DNA from: Thermoplasmata archaeon
Lineage (GTDB): Archaea > Thermoplasmatota > Thermoplasmata > Lutacidiplasmatales > UBA184
Direction: 5' to 3'
NCBI GenBank assembly: GCA_030038095.1
Contig: JASHPK010000027.1
Coordinates: forward strand, 23,432 to 87,431
DNA length: 64,000 nucleotides
In this document: positions 35,103-45,237 of the stretch, piece after piece
How positions within the stretch are numbered: position 1 is the first letter of the stretch
How the letters are laid out: every line of letters starts with the position of its first letter
Position numbers and translations under genes: made by a program
Notes under the pieces: generated by a model
What the model saw: only the letters and a program-made list of their open reading frames with translations
Database searches by the model: none
What the model was told of the DNA's origin: nothing

Positions 35103-35675
35103 TTAGCCGACGGTCCGCGGCTTTCGCGCGACGACCGACTCCACCCGAAAGCGGCGCTCGACTCCGCTCAGCTCGTACCGGTGCTTGACCAGCCAGGCCC
35201 GGATCGCCTCCTGATGGAGGATCTCCGAGTACGCGAGGCGTCCGCCGTCTCGAAGCACCCGATCGATCTCTCCGAGGGCGATCGGGACTCGACTGAAATC
35301 GCGGTGGGTAGCGCCCGCGTGATGGAGGCAGACGAAAGCGAACACGACGTCGAAGGAGGCGTCGGAGAACGGGAGCGCGGTCATGTCGGCCGGCCGTAGC
35401 TCGAGCGTCGCCGGAAGCCCGGATTCATGCCGCTTGAGAAGGTGACGCCGGGCCTCCTCCAGCTGGCGGGGGTCGAGGTCGGTGGCGACATACCGAGCGG
35501 GGTGGAATGCCGTCAAGAACTGATCGGCGAACTCGCCGTTCCCGCTCCCGATCTCGAGGCACACGGCCGACGGGGGGACCTCGGCGGTCGCCTGGAACCA
35601 CCGTAAGCGGCGGCGGCTCCGCCGCGCCGCCGATCGATTGACGAAGAACCGGGAAATCGCATTCATCTCCGCCAT
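35103..35675 (-). CDS. Class I SAM-dependent methyltransferase
   Basis: Start trimmed to MAEMNAISRFF. Motif I VCLEIGSGNGEF, then ...ATDLDP..., FDVVFAFVCLHH. Confidence 0.85.
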   Translation of the reverse strand: MAEMNAISRFFVNRSAARRSRRRLRWFQATAEVPPSAVCLEIGSGNGEFADQFLTAFHPARYVATDLDPRQLEEARRHLLKRHESGLPATLELRPADMTALPFSDASFDVVFAFVCLHHAGATHRDFSRVPIALGEIDRVLRDGGRLAYSEILHQEAIRAWLVKHRYELSGVERRFRVESVVARKPRTVG

Positions 35676-35811
35676 ACGACCCCTGCGCCGCGCGGAGACC
35701 GGCACACTACTAGACCTCGACCGGACCTCCGGTGGGCCGGGAGGCACGCTCCGGAACCTCAGCCCGCGATCGGGGACTCCGATCGAGGGGGGCGGAATCT
35801 GGCTCGGCCGC

Positions 35812-36390
35812 TCATCCCGGGGCGGGGGGTCCGAGACCCTGATCCCGAAGGATCCGAAGGAGCTTCGCGAGAGTCTCCTCTTCGCTCCCCGTCGCGTCCA
35901 GGGGCGTCCCGTACTCGAAGGAGGTGACCTGCGCGTAGACGTCGCGCGTGGCGTCCGGTCCGAAGGATATCTCGCGGGCCGCATCCCGCGCGACGCAGAC
36001 CGCGAGGGGAGCCTGGAGGGAGACCACCACGTGGGGCGTCGCAAGACGTCGCTCGAGGTCTTCGATGACCGAGCGCCAGTAGAAGTTCCCGTCCACCACG
36101 ACGGGTCGCCCCTGGTCGAGGATCGTCCCCGCGCGTTCCGCGGCGAGTTCGTTCGCGCGAAGGAAGCTCCCCTCGGAGATGTAGCCGCCCTCCCACCGCT
36201 CGAGCTCGTAGCGCTCGAGGATCTCGTCGATCGCGATCGTTTCCCCGCCGACCTCGCGAGCGAGCCGACGTGCGAGCGTCGTCTTTCCGGAACCGAGAGG
36301 ACCCCGCACGATCACGTAGAAGGCGCGGTGAGTCCCCACTTCCGCCCGGTCCATCTCTCCCTCCCCATTGACATCGACGGGGAGGCTCAT
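35812..36390 (-). CDS. P-loop ATPase / small-molecule kinase-like protein (AAA_33-type)
   Basis: Start trimmed to MSLPV (or MDRAEV). Walker A VRGPLGSGKTTLARRLA, then ...VVVDGNFY. Confidence 0.7.
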   Translation of the reverse strand: MSLPVDVNGEGEMDRAEVGTHRAFYVIVRGPLGSGKTTLARRLAREVGGETIAIDEILERYELERWEGGYISEGSFLRANELAAERAGTILDQGRPVVVDGNFYWRSVIEDLERRLATPHVVVSLQAPLAVCVARDAAREISFGPDATRDVYAQVTSFEYGTPLDATGSEEETLAKLLRILRDQGLGPPAPG

Positions 36391-36508
36391 GCCGATTCTC
36401 CCCGGCCGCTCGGGCAACGATGAGAGCCGAGAGTCAAGCCGATTCCACCCGCGGCCCGGGCAACCCGTAAGTAGCGCCGGCCGCTCCGTCCGGCCGAGGC
36501 GATCGATT

Positions 36509-38227
36509 ATGGTCGACCTTCTCACTGCATACGACCTCGTAGAGCGCGGCGAACTCGAGCGGCTCCGCAAGTCACCGGTCGAGGTCCCGGACCGGTTCAA
36601 CTGGGCTCGGGAGGTGTTCGAGGACCGCCATCTGCGTCGGACTCCCGACCGGGACGCCCTCGTCTGGGCGGACGACCGGGGGCGCGAACTGCGCTTCTCC
36701 TACCGCGAGTTCGCGGAAGCCGGGAATCGAATGCTCAACCTCCTCCGGAGGCTCGGGCTCCAGGAGCACGACACGATCTTCGTCATGCTGCCCGTATATC
36801 CCGAGGTCTGGCTCAGTTACTACGCCGCGATCAAGGGCGGCTTCGTGCTGGTGCCGGCCGCCACGATCCTCCTCCCGGCCGACATCGAGTATCGGTTCCG
36901 CCAGCTCCACCCGGCGGCCGTCATTGCCGATCCCGAGAGCGCCAAGAAGGTCGACTGGGCCGAAGTGGAGACCGGGATCCCGATCCGCATCAAGCTGGTC
37001 GCGGGCGGTGAACGACCCGGCTGGACCTCGGTCGACACCGGCCGTACGGGGGCCCCGGAGGCCGTGGCCGCCGACACCCGGTCCAGCGACCTTCTCTTTC
37101 TCTTCTTCACGTCGGGGACCACCGGGCTGCCCAAGATCGTCACCCACACGCACGCGAGCTACCCGGTCGGCCACCTCACGACGACCGCCTGGATCGGCGT
37201 GCGACCGGGGGACGTCCACACGAACATCAGCCAAGCCGGCTGGGCGAAGTTCGCGTGGAGCTCCTTCTTCGCGCCCTGGAACGTGGGGGCGACCTCCTTC
37301 TCCTATCACTACTCCGGCCGCTTCGACGCCCGACGCCAGCTCGAAGCCCTCGCGGCGCATCGAGTGACCACCTTCTGCGCCCCGCCGACCGTCTGGAGGA
37401 TGTTCATCCTCGAGGACCTTTCGAAGCACCGCTTCCATTTCCGGGAGTGTGTGAGCGCGGGGGAACCGCTGAACCCCGAGGTCATCGACGCGTGGCGCAA
37501 GGGCACCGGGGTCACGCTCCGGGACGGGTACGGACAGACGGAGTCGACTTTGATGGTCGGCAATCTGCCCGGGGGAGAGATCCGACCGGGCTCGATGGGA
37601 TGGTCGACCTTCCTGTACGACGTTCACGTGGTCGACGAGCAGGGGACCGAGGCCCCTCCCGACGTCGAGGGCAACATCGCGGTCCGTCTCTCGCCGAGAC
37701 CGCCCGGACTGTTCGCCGGATACCTCGGAGCCACCCCCGAGGTGAGCGCGAAGGCGTTCCGAGGGAACTGGTACTACACGGGGGACCGCGCGTACCGGGA
37801 TGCCGACGGTCGGTTCTGGTTCGTGGGTCGCGCCGACGACGTGATCAAGTCGTCCGACTACCGCATCGGTCCGTTCGAGGTCGAGAGCGCGCTCGCCGAA
37901 CACCCCGCCGTGGCGGAAGCGGCCGTGGTCGGGAGCCCGGATCCGATCCGAGGGGCGCTCGTCAAAGCGTTCATCATCCTTCGCCCCGGGAAGGTTCCGT
38001 CGCCGGAGCTCGCTCGAGACATCTTCCTGTTTTCTCGGACGCGGTTGCCGGCGTACAAGATCCCCCGGATCCTCGAGTTCACGACCGAGCTGCCCAAGAC
38101 GATCAGCGGGAAGATCCGGCGCACGGATCTCCGCGCGAGCGAAGCCGGGTATCGTCAGCGCAAGGAGGTCCGATCCGGCGAGTTCTTCTACGCCGAGGTG
38201 GTCAAGGCCGAGATGGCCCGCACCTGA
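36509..38227 (+). CDS. AMP-forming acyl-CoA synthetase (medium-chain/ACSM-like, ANL superfamily)
   Basis: 572 aa from MVDLLTAY. AMP-binding motif FFTSGTTGLPK, plus YGQTE, YYTGDRAYRDADGRFWFVGRADDVIK, and PKTISGKIRR. Confidence 0.92.
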   Translation: MVDLLTAYDLVERGELERLRKSPVEVPDRFNWAREVFEDRHLRRTPDRDALVWADDRGRELRFSYREFAEAGNRMLNLLRRLGLQEHDTIFVMLPVYPEVWLSYYAAIKGGFVLVPAATILLPADIEYRFRQLHPAAVIADPESAKKVDWAEVETGIPIRIKLVAGGERPGWTSVDTGRTGAPEAVAADTRSSDLLFLFFTSGTTGLPKIVTHTHASYPVGHLTTTAWIGVRPGDVHTNISQAGWAKFAWSSFFAPWNVGATSFSYHYSGRFDARRQLEALAAHRVTTFCAPPTVWRMFILEDLSKHRFHFRECVSAGEPLNPEVIDAWRKGTGVTLRDGYGQTESTLMVGNLPGGEIRPGSMGWSTFLYDVHVVDEQGTEAPPDVEGNIAVRLSPRPPGLFAGYLGATPEVSAKAFRGNWYYTGDRAYRDADGRFWFVGRADDVIKSSDYRIGPFEVESALAEHPAVAEAAVVGSPDPIRGALVKAFIILRPGKVPSPELARDIFLFSRTRLPAYKIPRILEFTTELPKTISGKIRRTDLRASEAGYRQRKEVRSGEFFYAEVVKAEMART

Positions 38228-38298
38228 GCGGAGGCGCGGCGCTCCCAGAAGTCGGCAGACCACGTATCTACCCTGAGCCGTACGGTGGGCGATCGACC

Positions 38299-39459
38299 GT
38301 GACCCGTGGACGCGCCTCCTACGATGCTATCGTGGTCGGTCTCGGGGGTGCGGGCTCCGCGGCCGCCTACCACCTCGCGCTCGCGGGGGAGCGCGTCCTC
38401 GGGCTCGAACAATTCGGGCCGAACCACGCCTGGGGATCCTCCCATGGGCGAACCCGGATCTACCGCACTGCCTACTTCGAGGGGCCGGCCTACGTCCCGC
38501 TCGTCCGGCGCGCCCAGGAACTGTGGCACCAGCTGGAGGAGACCTCGGGCCGGCGGATCATCCAGCCGACCGGGGGCCTCATGATCGGCCGGCCGGGGAC
38601 CCCGACGGTGGCGGGCGCCCGACGGACGGCCGAGATGGGTCGCCTCGCGCACGAGGTCCTGTCCCGGGACGAGGTCCAGCAGCGGTTCCCGCAGTTCCGG
38701 CTTCAGCCGGAGGAGGTGGCCCTGTTCGACCCCGCGGCCGGGGTCCTCTTCCCGGAGAATTGCCTCGAGGCCCACGCGGCGGGCGCGGTCGGAGCCGGGG
38801 CCGAAATCCATTACGGGGAACCCGTGAAACGATGGTCGGCCAATTCGGAAGCGGTCGTGGTAGAGACCCCGTCCGCGACGTACCGGGGGCGATCCCTCGT
38901 CATCACGGCGGGTCCTTGGACGACCCGGGTGATGGCCGATCTCCACCTCCCGCTGCAGGTCGAGCGGCAGTTCGTCCTCTGGTTCCCTTCCACGGCGTCC
39001 GATCTCGCCTCGCCCGACCGGATGCCGGTCTTCCTCTGGGATCGGGGACCCTCCGAGCACACCTACGGGATCCCGGATTTCGGTGATGGGGTGAAAGTGG
39101 GTTCCTGGTTCGGGAAGCGCGCCGCGAGCCCCGAGTCCGCGGACCGAATCTTTCGCGAGCAGGACGCCGACCCCGTGCGGCGCTTCGTGGCCTCGTCCCT
39201 CTCGGGCGTGAGCCCTCGCGAGACCGCCTACGCGTCTTGCCTCTACACGAACGCGCCGGACCAGCACTTCGTCCTCGGCCGGCACCCCCGGCGCCGGAGG
39301 GTCATCGTCGTCAGCGCCTGCTCGGGTCACGGGTTCAAGTTCACGAGCGTGATCGGCGAGGTGATTTCGCATCTGGCCCGCGGCGAGCCGACCGGGTACG
39401 ACCTCTCCCTCTTCGACCCGAACCGGTTTGATCGGAATCGGCGAGCCTCCAAGAGCTAG
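38299..39459 (+). CDS. FAD-dependent monomeric sarcosine oxidase / N-methyltryptophan oxidase family
   Basis: GTG start chosen after the end of the acyl-CoA synthetase. YDAIVVGLGGAGSAAAYHLALAG dinucleotide fold, GSSHGRTRIYR, and CSGHGFKF flavinylation-site motif. Confidence 0.88.
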   Translation: MTRGRASYDAIVVGLGGAGSAAAYHLALAGERVLGLEQFGPNHAWGSSHGRTRIYRTAYFEGPAYVPLVRRAQELWHQLEETSGRRIIQPTGGLMIGRPGTPTVAGARRTAEMGRLAHEVLSRDEVQQRFPQFRLQPEEVALFDPAAGVLFPENCLEAHAAGAVGAGAEIHYGEPVKRWSANSEAVVVETPSATYRGRSLVITAGPWTTRVMADLHLPLQVERQFVLWFPSTASDLASPDRMPVFLWDRGPSEHTYGIPDFGDGVKVGSWFGKRAASPESADRIFREQDADPVRRFVASSLSGVSPRETAYASCLYTNAPDQHFVLGRHPRRRRVIVVSACSGHGFKFTSVIGEVISHLARGEPTGYDLSLFDPNRFDRNRRASKS

Positions 39460-39638
39460 AGCTTCCACGGAGATCCGGCCAGAGATCGCGGAAGCACCGC
39501 CGATTATGGGACCCGCCGACGCCGCTCCGGAATTACGGCTCCGGCCGGTCGCTGGTGAACGCGGCTTCGGCCGGGAAAGGGTTGGGCTGCCGGCTCCGGT
39601 TCACGGAGCGGGCGTCGCGGACGGAGGTCGTTCCGCGT

Positions 39639-40484
39639 CTAGGCCGCCGCTTGCCAAGTGGTCGTGAACGACCACTTCGCGAGGTTGGTCGGCCCGCCGG
39701 GCGACGCGAGGTAGATGATGTGGGTCACCGTGGACCGGAGGCTGATCATGTAGATCAGCGCCGCCGGAGCGAAGTTGCCCACTCCGCTGCTCACGTGGCT
39801 GACGGTCGCCATGCAGCTCGAGAACGTGACGGTCCCGAAGTCCGCGAGGTGCAGCAGCGTGAACCCCGTGCTGGTGATCTCGGCCGGGCGTTCCTGGATG
39901 CACTCCGCGGAGTTCTCGAGCGGGTTCAACGCGTACGCGGGCGCCTGGGCCCCCGTGATGGAGAACGTTGTGCCGGCGGTGAGATCGCTCACGGTCATCG
40001 TGAAGGTGTTCAGCGCCCGGTGATAGACGACCGAGCCGGTCATGTGGTCTCCTGGTGAGACCGTCATCGACTTGATCACCTGGATCGCGTTCGTGGGGAA
40101 CAGCTCCCACCACGCATAGTACGATGCCGCGCCGTGGCTGCAGACGGCGAGGGACCCGTCCTGCTCGACCGCGTCGGTAGTGAACCCATCGATACCGACC
40201 CAGAAGGCCGCATAGGTCACCCCTTTGGCCGGGCAGGTCACGGCGGGTTCGACCCACGCACCCCACACGTGAGTGACGCTGCCGTTCGCCTGATCGAACG
40301 TCGCATAGCCGGCCCAGTTGTAGCTCAGGAATTGGCCCGGTTGCGCGAAGGTCGGCGTGCTCTCTCTCGACAGACTCAGGTGTCCCCCAGCGGCGGCGGG
40401 CGCCGCCAGGACCACCCCGGGCAGCACCATGACTGCCCCAATCCCCAGGAGGGCCAGAAGGCCCCACACGGACCGCGGATGCAT
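39639..40484 (-). CDS. Secreted peptidase family G1/A4 (eqolisin, scytalidoglutamic-type), copy 1
   Basis: 281 aa, signal peptide. SYNWAGY, FWVGIDG, VEQDG (catalytic Gln position), YYAWWE, AECIQERP (catalytic Glu position). Confidence 0.85.
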   Translation of the reverse strand: MHPRSVWGLLALLGIGAVMVLPGVVLAAPAAAGGHLSLSRESTPTFAQPGQFLSYNWAGYATFDQANGSVTHVWGAWVEPAVTCPAKGVTYAAFWVGIDGFTTDAVEQDGSLAVCSHGAASYYAWWELFPTNAIQVIKSMTVSPGDHMTGSVVYHRALNTFTMTVSDLTAGTTFSITGAQAPAYALNPLENSAECIQERPAEITSTGFTLLHLADFGTVTFSSCMATVSHVSSGVGNFAPAALIYMISLRSTVTHIIYLASPGGPTNLAKWSFTTTWQAAA

Positions 40485-40888
40485 GCGACCGAATGCGAAT
40501 GTGGTATATTCAACTCGTGTCGGACAGGAAGCAGCGATCGCGTTTCGCTTCTCAGAATCTCGTGGTTTCTGAACCCTCAGTCGCCCGGCGCCTTTCGGAC
40601 CGCGTTCACAGAGCCCGGCACGGCTCGCGGTGCGCCGGATCGGGGATTCTGTCGAACGGCATTCCGGTCGAATCGCTCCAGGGCTCCTCGTTCACGGAGC
40701 CGGGAACGATTGGCCCGGCCTGAAGGGCACGCTCGATCCTGGATCCCATCGGCCGGCGAGCTGCCCTTGGTCGGGTGCACGGAGTTGGACGTGGTTCGCG
40801 ACCCTAGCGCGGCTCCCCCGGATCCGCTCCGACGCCCCCGGGGTCAATGGTCGGCGAGAGGAGCCTGGCCCGTTGCGGGAACCGGCCG

Positions 40889-43312
40889 TTAGGGAGGCGG
40901 TCCGGGGTGCGCCACCCGGATCGCACGGCGAAGGCGTGCCGCCAACGCCAGCGACTCGAGCCCGTGCCGGGCGCCTGCGACCGAGTCCGCCGGGGTGTGT
41001 TCCGCGACGAACGCTCTCAGGGACTCCTCCCGGCCGAGACCCATACCCACCAGCGCCCCGTGGAGGAACTCGCTTTGAAGGGGGGACCCCGCCCACATCT
41101 CGGTGAGCGCCCCGACCTTTTCCCGGTACCAGCGAAACAGGACCTCGCCGGCCGGGGGATTGTGGCTCAGGGCGTTCAGTAGGATGAACGCCCCGCTGGA
41201 ACTGATCCCGGGGCTCGGAACGAGGGCGAGGACCCGCTCGAGGATCTCCTCGCTCTCGAACTCGGCGAGGGCGTTGAGGAGCAGCAGCCGGTCCGATGCC
41301 TCGCCAGTCGTGCGGATTCGCTCCACGAGGTGTTCGAAGGCCTCGGGACCCCCGGTACGGGCGTGGCCGATGAGCACGGCGAGCCGGAGCGAGGCCGGCA
41401 CCCGGTCGAACTCGCCGTATCGGCCCGACATCTCCTGGGCGAACTCCCGGTCGATGCGGGCGAGCAGGTTGGAGATCAGCTCTCGGAGGAGCGCGTTTTT
41501 CTCGGGTTCTCCCTCCCGTGGCTCGAGGCCGATCCGATCGAGCTGCGACTTCAGGAACTGCTCAGCCGCCTCCGAGAACTCCGCCACCCCGTACGCCGGA
41601 GTCCGCAGATCGTCGACTCGGGAGATCAACCCCCGAATTGGGAGGTCGTCCGTGAGACCGGTGGATTGGCGGAGCAGCTCGAGAAGCCTCCCGAAGGTGG
41701 CCGGGTTCGAAAAGACGAACGCCCCGAGGTCGTCGACCATCCCCCACTGGTCGATCGGGTCCATCGACGGGAACTCCCGGAGCATGGCCTCGGCGAGCTC
41801 GCCTTCGTAGGCGATCCGGAGGAAACCGGTGCGACCGGGATCGATCCGAAGGCCCTGCGGAGAGGGGAGGGCGAGAGTCGCCTCGGTCCCGTCGAACATC
41901 AGCCGATGTTCGCCGTCGGCGCCGACGACTCGCAGGGGGATGGGCCAGACCCCCGCCTCCTCGCTGCCGTCGGCTCGAAATCGGCGCTGTTGAAGTCGCA
42001 GTCGGCCTTCCGCCCAGCCGATGCGGACCACCGGGAATCCGGCGCGCGTGATCCACTCGGTCATGATTCGCGCGACAGGTTCCTTCGCGGCCTCGCCGAG
42101 GGTGTTCCACAGGTCCACCGCACGCGCGTTGGAGTACTGGTACCGCTCGAGGTAGCGGGAGATCCCCCGGCGGAACGTCTCCTCTCCCAGGTACGCTTCC
42201 ATCATCCGGAGGATCGCCGCGCCCTTGCCGTAGGTGACCATGTCCGCATGCTCTCCCAGCTGGGAGGGCGTCTCGACCGGGACGTGGACCGGGTGCGTCG
42301 ATTCGAGAGCGTCAAGCTCGAGGCCGGCCGACACCCAGTCGACGAGTAACGATTTCCACGGCTCGTCCTCGGGATACCGCCGGGCGATGATCCGGTATGC
42401 GACGAAGTTCGCAAAGCTCTCGTTCAGCCAGAAGTCATCCCACCAGGCGTTCGTGACGAGATTGCCGAACCACTGGTGAGCGATCTCGTGGGCGAGGACG
42501 GCCAGCATCGCGCGTCGTAGGCGAACGCCGGTCGAGGGGCCGACCAGGACCGCTTCGTCCCGGAACGCGATCGCCCCCCAGTTCTCCATCGCCCCCGCCC
42601 AGAAGTTCTCGAGCGCCACAAGGTCAAGTTTCGGGAGGGGGTATGGGACCCCGTAGTACTCCTCGTAGGCGGCGAGGACCTCGGCCGCTCGTTCGGCCAG
42701 GTACCGGCCCGCCGATGCCCGACCCGGGGAGGCGTCCACCGTCACCGCCCACCGACCCGCGTGCACCGTGAGGGTGTCGAAGGGCCCGATCCCGAGGTAC
42801 AGGAGGTAGGCGGACATCCGGGGGGTCGGTTCGAAGATCCACTCCCTCTGGCCCCCGATCGTCCGCTGGCTACCCGGGGGGGTGTTGAACACCACGTACA
42901 CGTCGGCCTCGGTCGTGAGCGTGAGCCGGTAGACCGTCTTGACCGACGGATGCTCGAACGCGGGGAGCAGACGGCGGCTGCCGGTCGGGAACAGCATGGT
43001 CGTCAGCACGTACGAGCCGCCGGCTGGCGCGACATACATCCCTACCAGAGACTTTGGATCCGCGGCGCCACGGTAGACGATCTCGAGCGTGTGAGCGCCG
43101 GGGGAGACCCCGGAGAGCGTAATCGTGCCCGCGACTGGATCCTGGACGAACGTCACGGGGCTCCCGTCCACGGACGAAGAGTCGAGCGAGAGCCGATCAA
43201 AGTCCAGGACGAGCGGATCCTCGGCGCCTTCGAACGCGATCCGGACCTTGCCCTCGAAGGTCTGGTTTCGATAGCTTACCGCGAGCCACCAATCGACGCT
43301 GTCGACCCGCAT
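40889..43312 (-). CDS. M1-family zinc aminopeptidase (tricorn-interacting factor F2/F3-like)
   Basis: 807 aa. GAMENWG exopeptidase motif, HEIAHQWFGNLV...WLNESFA zinc site. Confidence 0.93.
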   Translation of the reverse strand: MRVDSVDWWLAVSYRNQTFEGKVRIAFEGAEDPLVLDFDRLSLDSSSVDGSPVTFVQDPVAGTITLSGVSPGAHTLEIVYRGAADPKSLVGMYVAPAGGSYVLTTMLFPTGSRRLLPAFEHPSVKTVYRLTLTTEADVYVVFNTPPGSQRTIGGQREWIFEPTPRMSAYLLYLGIGPFDTLTVHAGRWAVTVDASPGRASAGRYLAERAAEVLAAYEEYYGVPYPLPKLDLVALENFWAGAMENWGAIAFRDEAVLVGPSTGVRLRRAMLAVLAHEIAHQWFGNLVTNAWWDDFWLNESFANFVAYRIIARRYPEDEPWKSLLVDWVSAGLELDALESTHPVHVPVETPSQLGEHADMVTYGKGAAILRMMEAYLGEETFRRGISRYLERYQYSNARAVDLWNTLGEAAKEPVARIMTEWITRAGFPVVRIGWAEGRLRLQQRRFRADGSEEAGVWPIPLRVVGADGEHRLMFDGTEATLALPSPQGLRIDPGRTGFLRIAYEGELAEAMLREFPSMDPIDQWGMVDDLGAFVFSNPATFGRLLELLRQSTGLTDDLPIRGLISRVDDLRTPAYGVAEFSEAAEQFLKSQLDRIGLEPREGEPEKNALLRELISNLLARIDREFAQEMSGRYGEFDRVPASLRLAVLIGHARTGGPEAFEHLVERIRTTGEASDRLLLLNALAEFESEEILERVLALVPSPGISSSGAFILLNALSHNPPAGEVLFRWYREKVGALTEMWAGSPLQSEFLHGALVGMGLGREESLRAFVAEHTPADSVAGARHGLESLALAARLRRAIRVAHPGPPP

Positions 43313-43497
43313 CCGCCCCGGAAGGGCATCTCAGATAGAAACTGTGGCGGTCGCCATAGGGAGGAAGTCCTGCCCCAAACTCGGTAGATCCGGACCTCCT
43401 ACACGGTCGATTCCGGCCGATACCGATGCCGATGCCGAATCCCGGCGGAGGTGGAGGAGGTTCCCCGCGCCCCGGGCCCGGGTCGACCGGCCCGCCT

Positions 43498-44886
43498 CTA
43501 GTTCGAGCGGCCGGCGGCGGTCCCCGGCACCGTAGCAGGCGGCGCCGAGGGCACGGCGGCCGACGGTTGCCATCCCGCGGAGTAGTTGGAGAAGGTGAAC
43601 GTGACGTCGATCGTCACCGACGTGCCGTTGACCGTGACGTTCCCGTAGCTCGGGTCGGCCGTGAAGAACCCGGTCGAGTTCCATGCGGGCGCGATCCCGA
43701 ACCGGTACGTCCCGTTCGGTCGGGAGAACGTGATCGACGAGGTGTTCGACGAGGCCCAGCTCGAGTGACCGGGTCCGTGGCCGAACAGCGCCGCCGACCA
43801 GAGCGTCCCGTTGGGGAGACCGGTCTCAACGAACGTCACGTTGTAGAGCGACAGGAGCGAGAACGAAACCGAGACCGAGACGCTCGTCCCGTTCACCGTA
43901 ACGCTCCCCCGACCCGGGGTCGCCTGATAGAGCCCGGCGGAGGTCCACACGTCGGGGACCAAGTACCGATAGCTTCCGTCCGCTTGGGCGAAGCCGATCG
44001 AGCTGTTCGCCGAGGTGTTGACGCCGAAGCCCCAGCAGTTCCCGCCCCAGAGGAGCACGGACCAGTTGGTCCCGTTCGGCAGACCGGACTCCGTGAAGGT
44101 GATCGAGTAGGCCACGGGGACCGAGAAGGAGACCGCCACCGAGACCGCGGACCCGTTCACCGTGAACTCCCCCGATCGGGGGCTCGCGAGGTAGGTCCCG
44201 TTCGCCGTCCACGCTGCCGGCACGAAGAACGAGTAGGTGCCGTCGGGGAGCTGGAAGCCCACCGAGGTTCCGTTCGTCCCGTTCCACCCGAAGCCCGCCG
44301 GAGTCGCCGAGGGAGCCGGGTGCGGCGTCGGAGTCCAGCCACCCACCCCCGCTCCGCCCACCAGGACCCACCAGAACGTGCCACTCGGCAGGCCCGTCTC
44401 TACGAACGAGACGCTGTAGAAGGTGACAGGAGCGAAACTGACCGCCACGCCAGCATTGGTCCCGTTCACGATGACGGTCCCGTTCTCCGGAGTGGCCGAG
44501 TACGGGGTGCCGTTCACCGGGCCGACTCCGATGCGGAACGAATAGGTGCCGTTGGGGACCACGAATCCGATCGAGGAGGTCGTGGAGCCGTTCCATCCGG
44601 GCCCCGGGTACGGAGCGGTGGATCCGATCGGCGCGAACCGGCCCCAGTACGACGTGTGGAGGGTGACCCCCCAGAACGTCCCGTTCGGTAGCCCGGTTTC
44701 GCTGAACGTCAAGGAGTACGTCGCGGGGGGCGTCGAGGAGTTGTTTCCAGCTCCACCCGCCGCTGGAGGCGACGGCCCGGAGTGGGGCGCGAGGGACGGG
44801 ATCATCCCGGAGGCGGAGACAGCGATCCCGAGAGCGACCAGCACGCCGGCGAAAGCGGTGACCCAAGCTACCTTGGAAGCGGTCAT
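43498..44886 (-). CDS. N-terminally anchored surface protein made of four ~95-aa YxxTFxExGLPxGTxW repeats
   Basis: Start placed at MTASKVAWVTAFAGVLVALGIAV. Repeats begin YSLTFSETGLPNGTFWGV, YSVSFVETGLPSGTFWWV, YSITFTESGLPNGTNWSV, YNVTFVETGLPNGTLWSA. Each ends ...PNGTY.F......G.VTVNG..V.V.V.F. Confidence 0.8.
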   Translation of the reverse strand: MTASKVAWVTAFAGVLVALGIAVSASGMIPSLAPHSGPSPPAAGGAGNNSSTPPATYSLTFSETGLPNGTFWGVTLHTSYWGRFAPIGSTAPYPGPGWNGSTTSSIGFVVPNGTYSFRIGVGPVNGTPYSATPENGTVIVNGTNAGVAVSFAPVTFYSVSFVETGLPSGTFWWVLVGGAGVGGWTPTPHPAPSATPAGFGWNGTNGTSVGFQLPDGTYSFFVPAAWTANGTYLASPRSGEFTVNGSAVSVAVSFSVPVAYSITFTESGLPNGTNWSVLLWGGNCWGFGVNTSANSSIGFAQADGSYRYLVPDVWTSAGLYQATPGRGSVTVNGTSVSVSVSFSLLSLYNVTFVETGLPNGTLWSAALFGHGPGHSSWASSNTSSITFSRPNGTYRFGIAPAWNSTGFFTADPSYGNVTVNGTSVTIDVTFTFSNYSAGWQPSAAVPSAPPATVPGTAAGRSN

Positions 44887-45237
44887 GGTCGAAGGTGCGC
44901 TCGGAATACCCCGATATAAGAAGGAGTCCAAGCGCACTTTGCGGCCGGAATAGGGATTTGCCCGCTTCCGCAAGTCGGCCGGGCGGAGCCGCCGGAAGAT
45001 CCTCCCAGACGACCGATCTCCGGTACCGGAACTCGGGGGCCAGCGCCGGTCGTCGCGGACCGCCCCATTAGATACTCGGTCTGCTCATCCCGGGTCGGCC
45101 AATGGCCAGGAGGTTCACGGGGAAATGGCACGCAATGTGGATGCCAGTGCACCGTGGACCTCGTGATCGCCACGCGTCCCGGTGGGGGCTCCCGCGTGCT
45201 CGTCTCCTGAGTCTCACGACCTCGGCCAGGTCCACCG

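Noticed and set aside
37255-38298. 5' 348 codons of the 734-aa ORF 37255-39459 (+)
   Set aside because: It overlaps the acyl-CoA synthetase gene out of frame and is Arg/Pro-rich. The FAD dinucleotide-binding motif, which must be N-terminal, begins right after GTG 38299.
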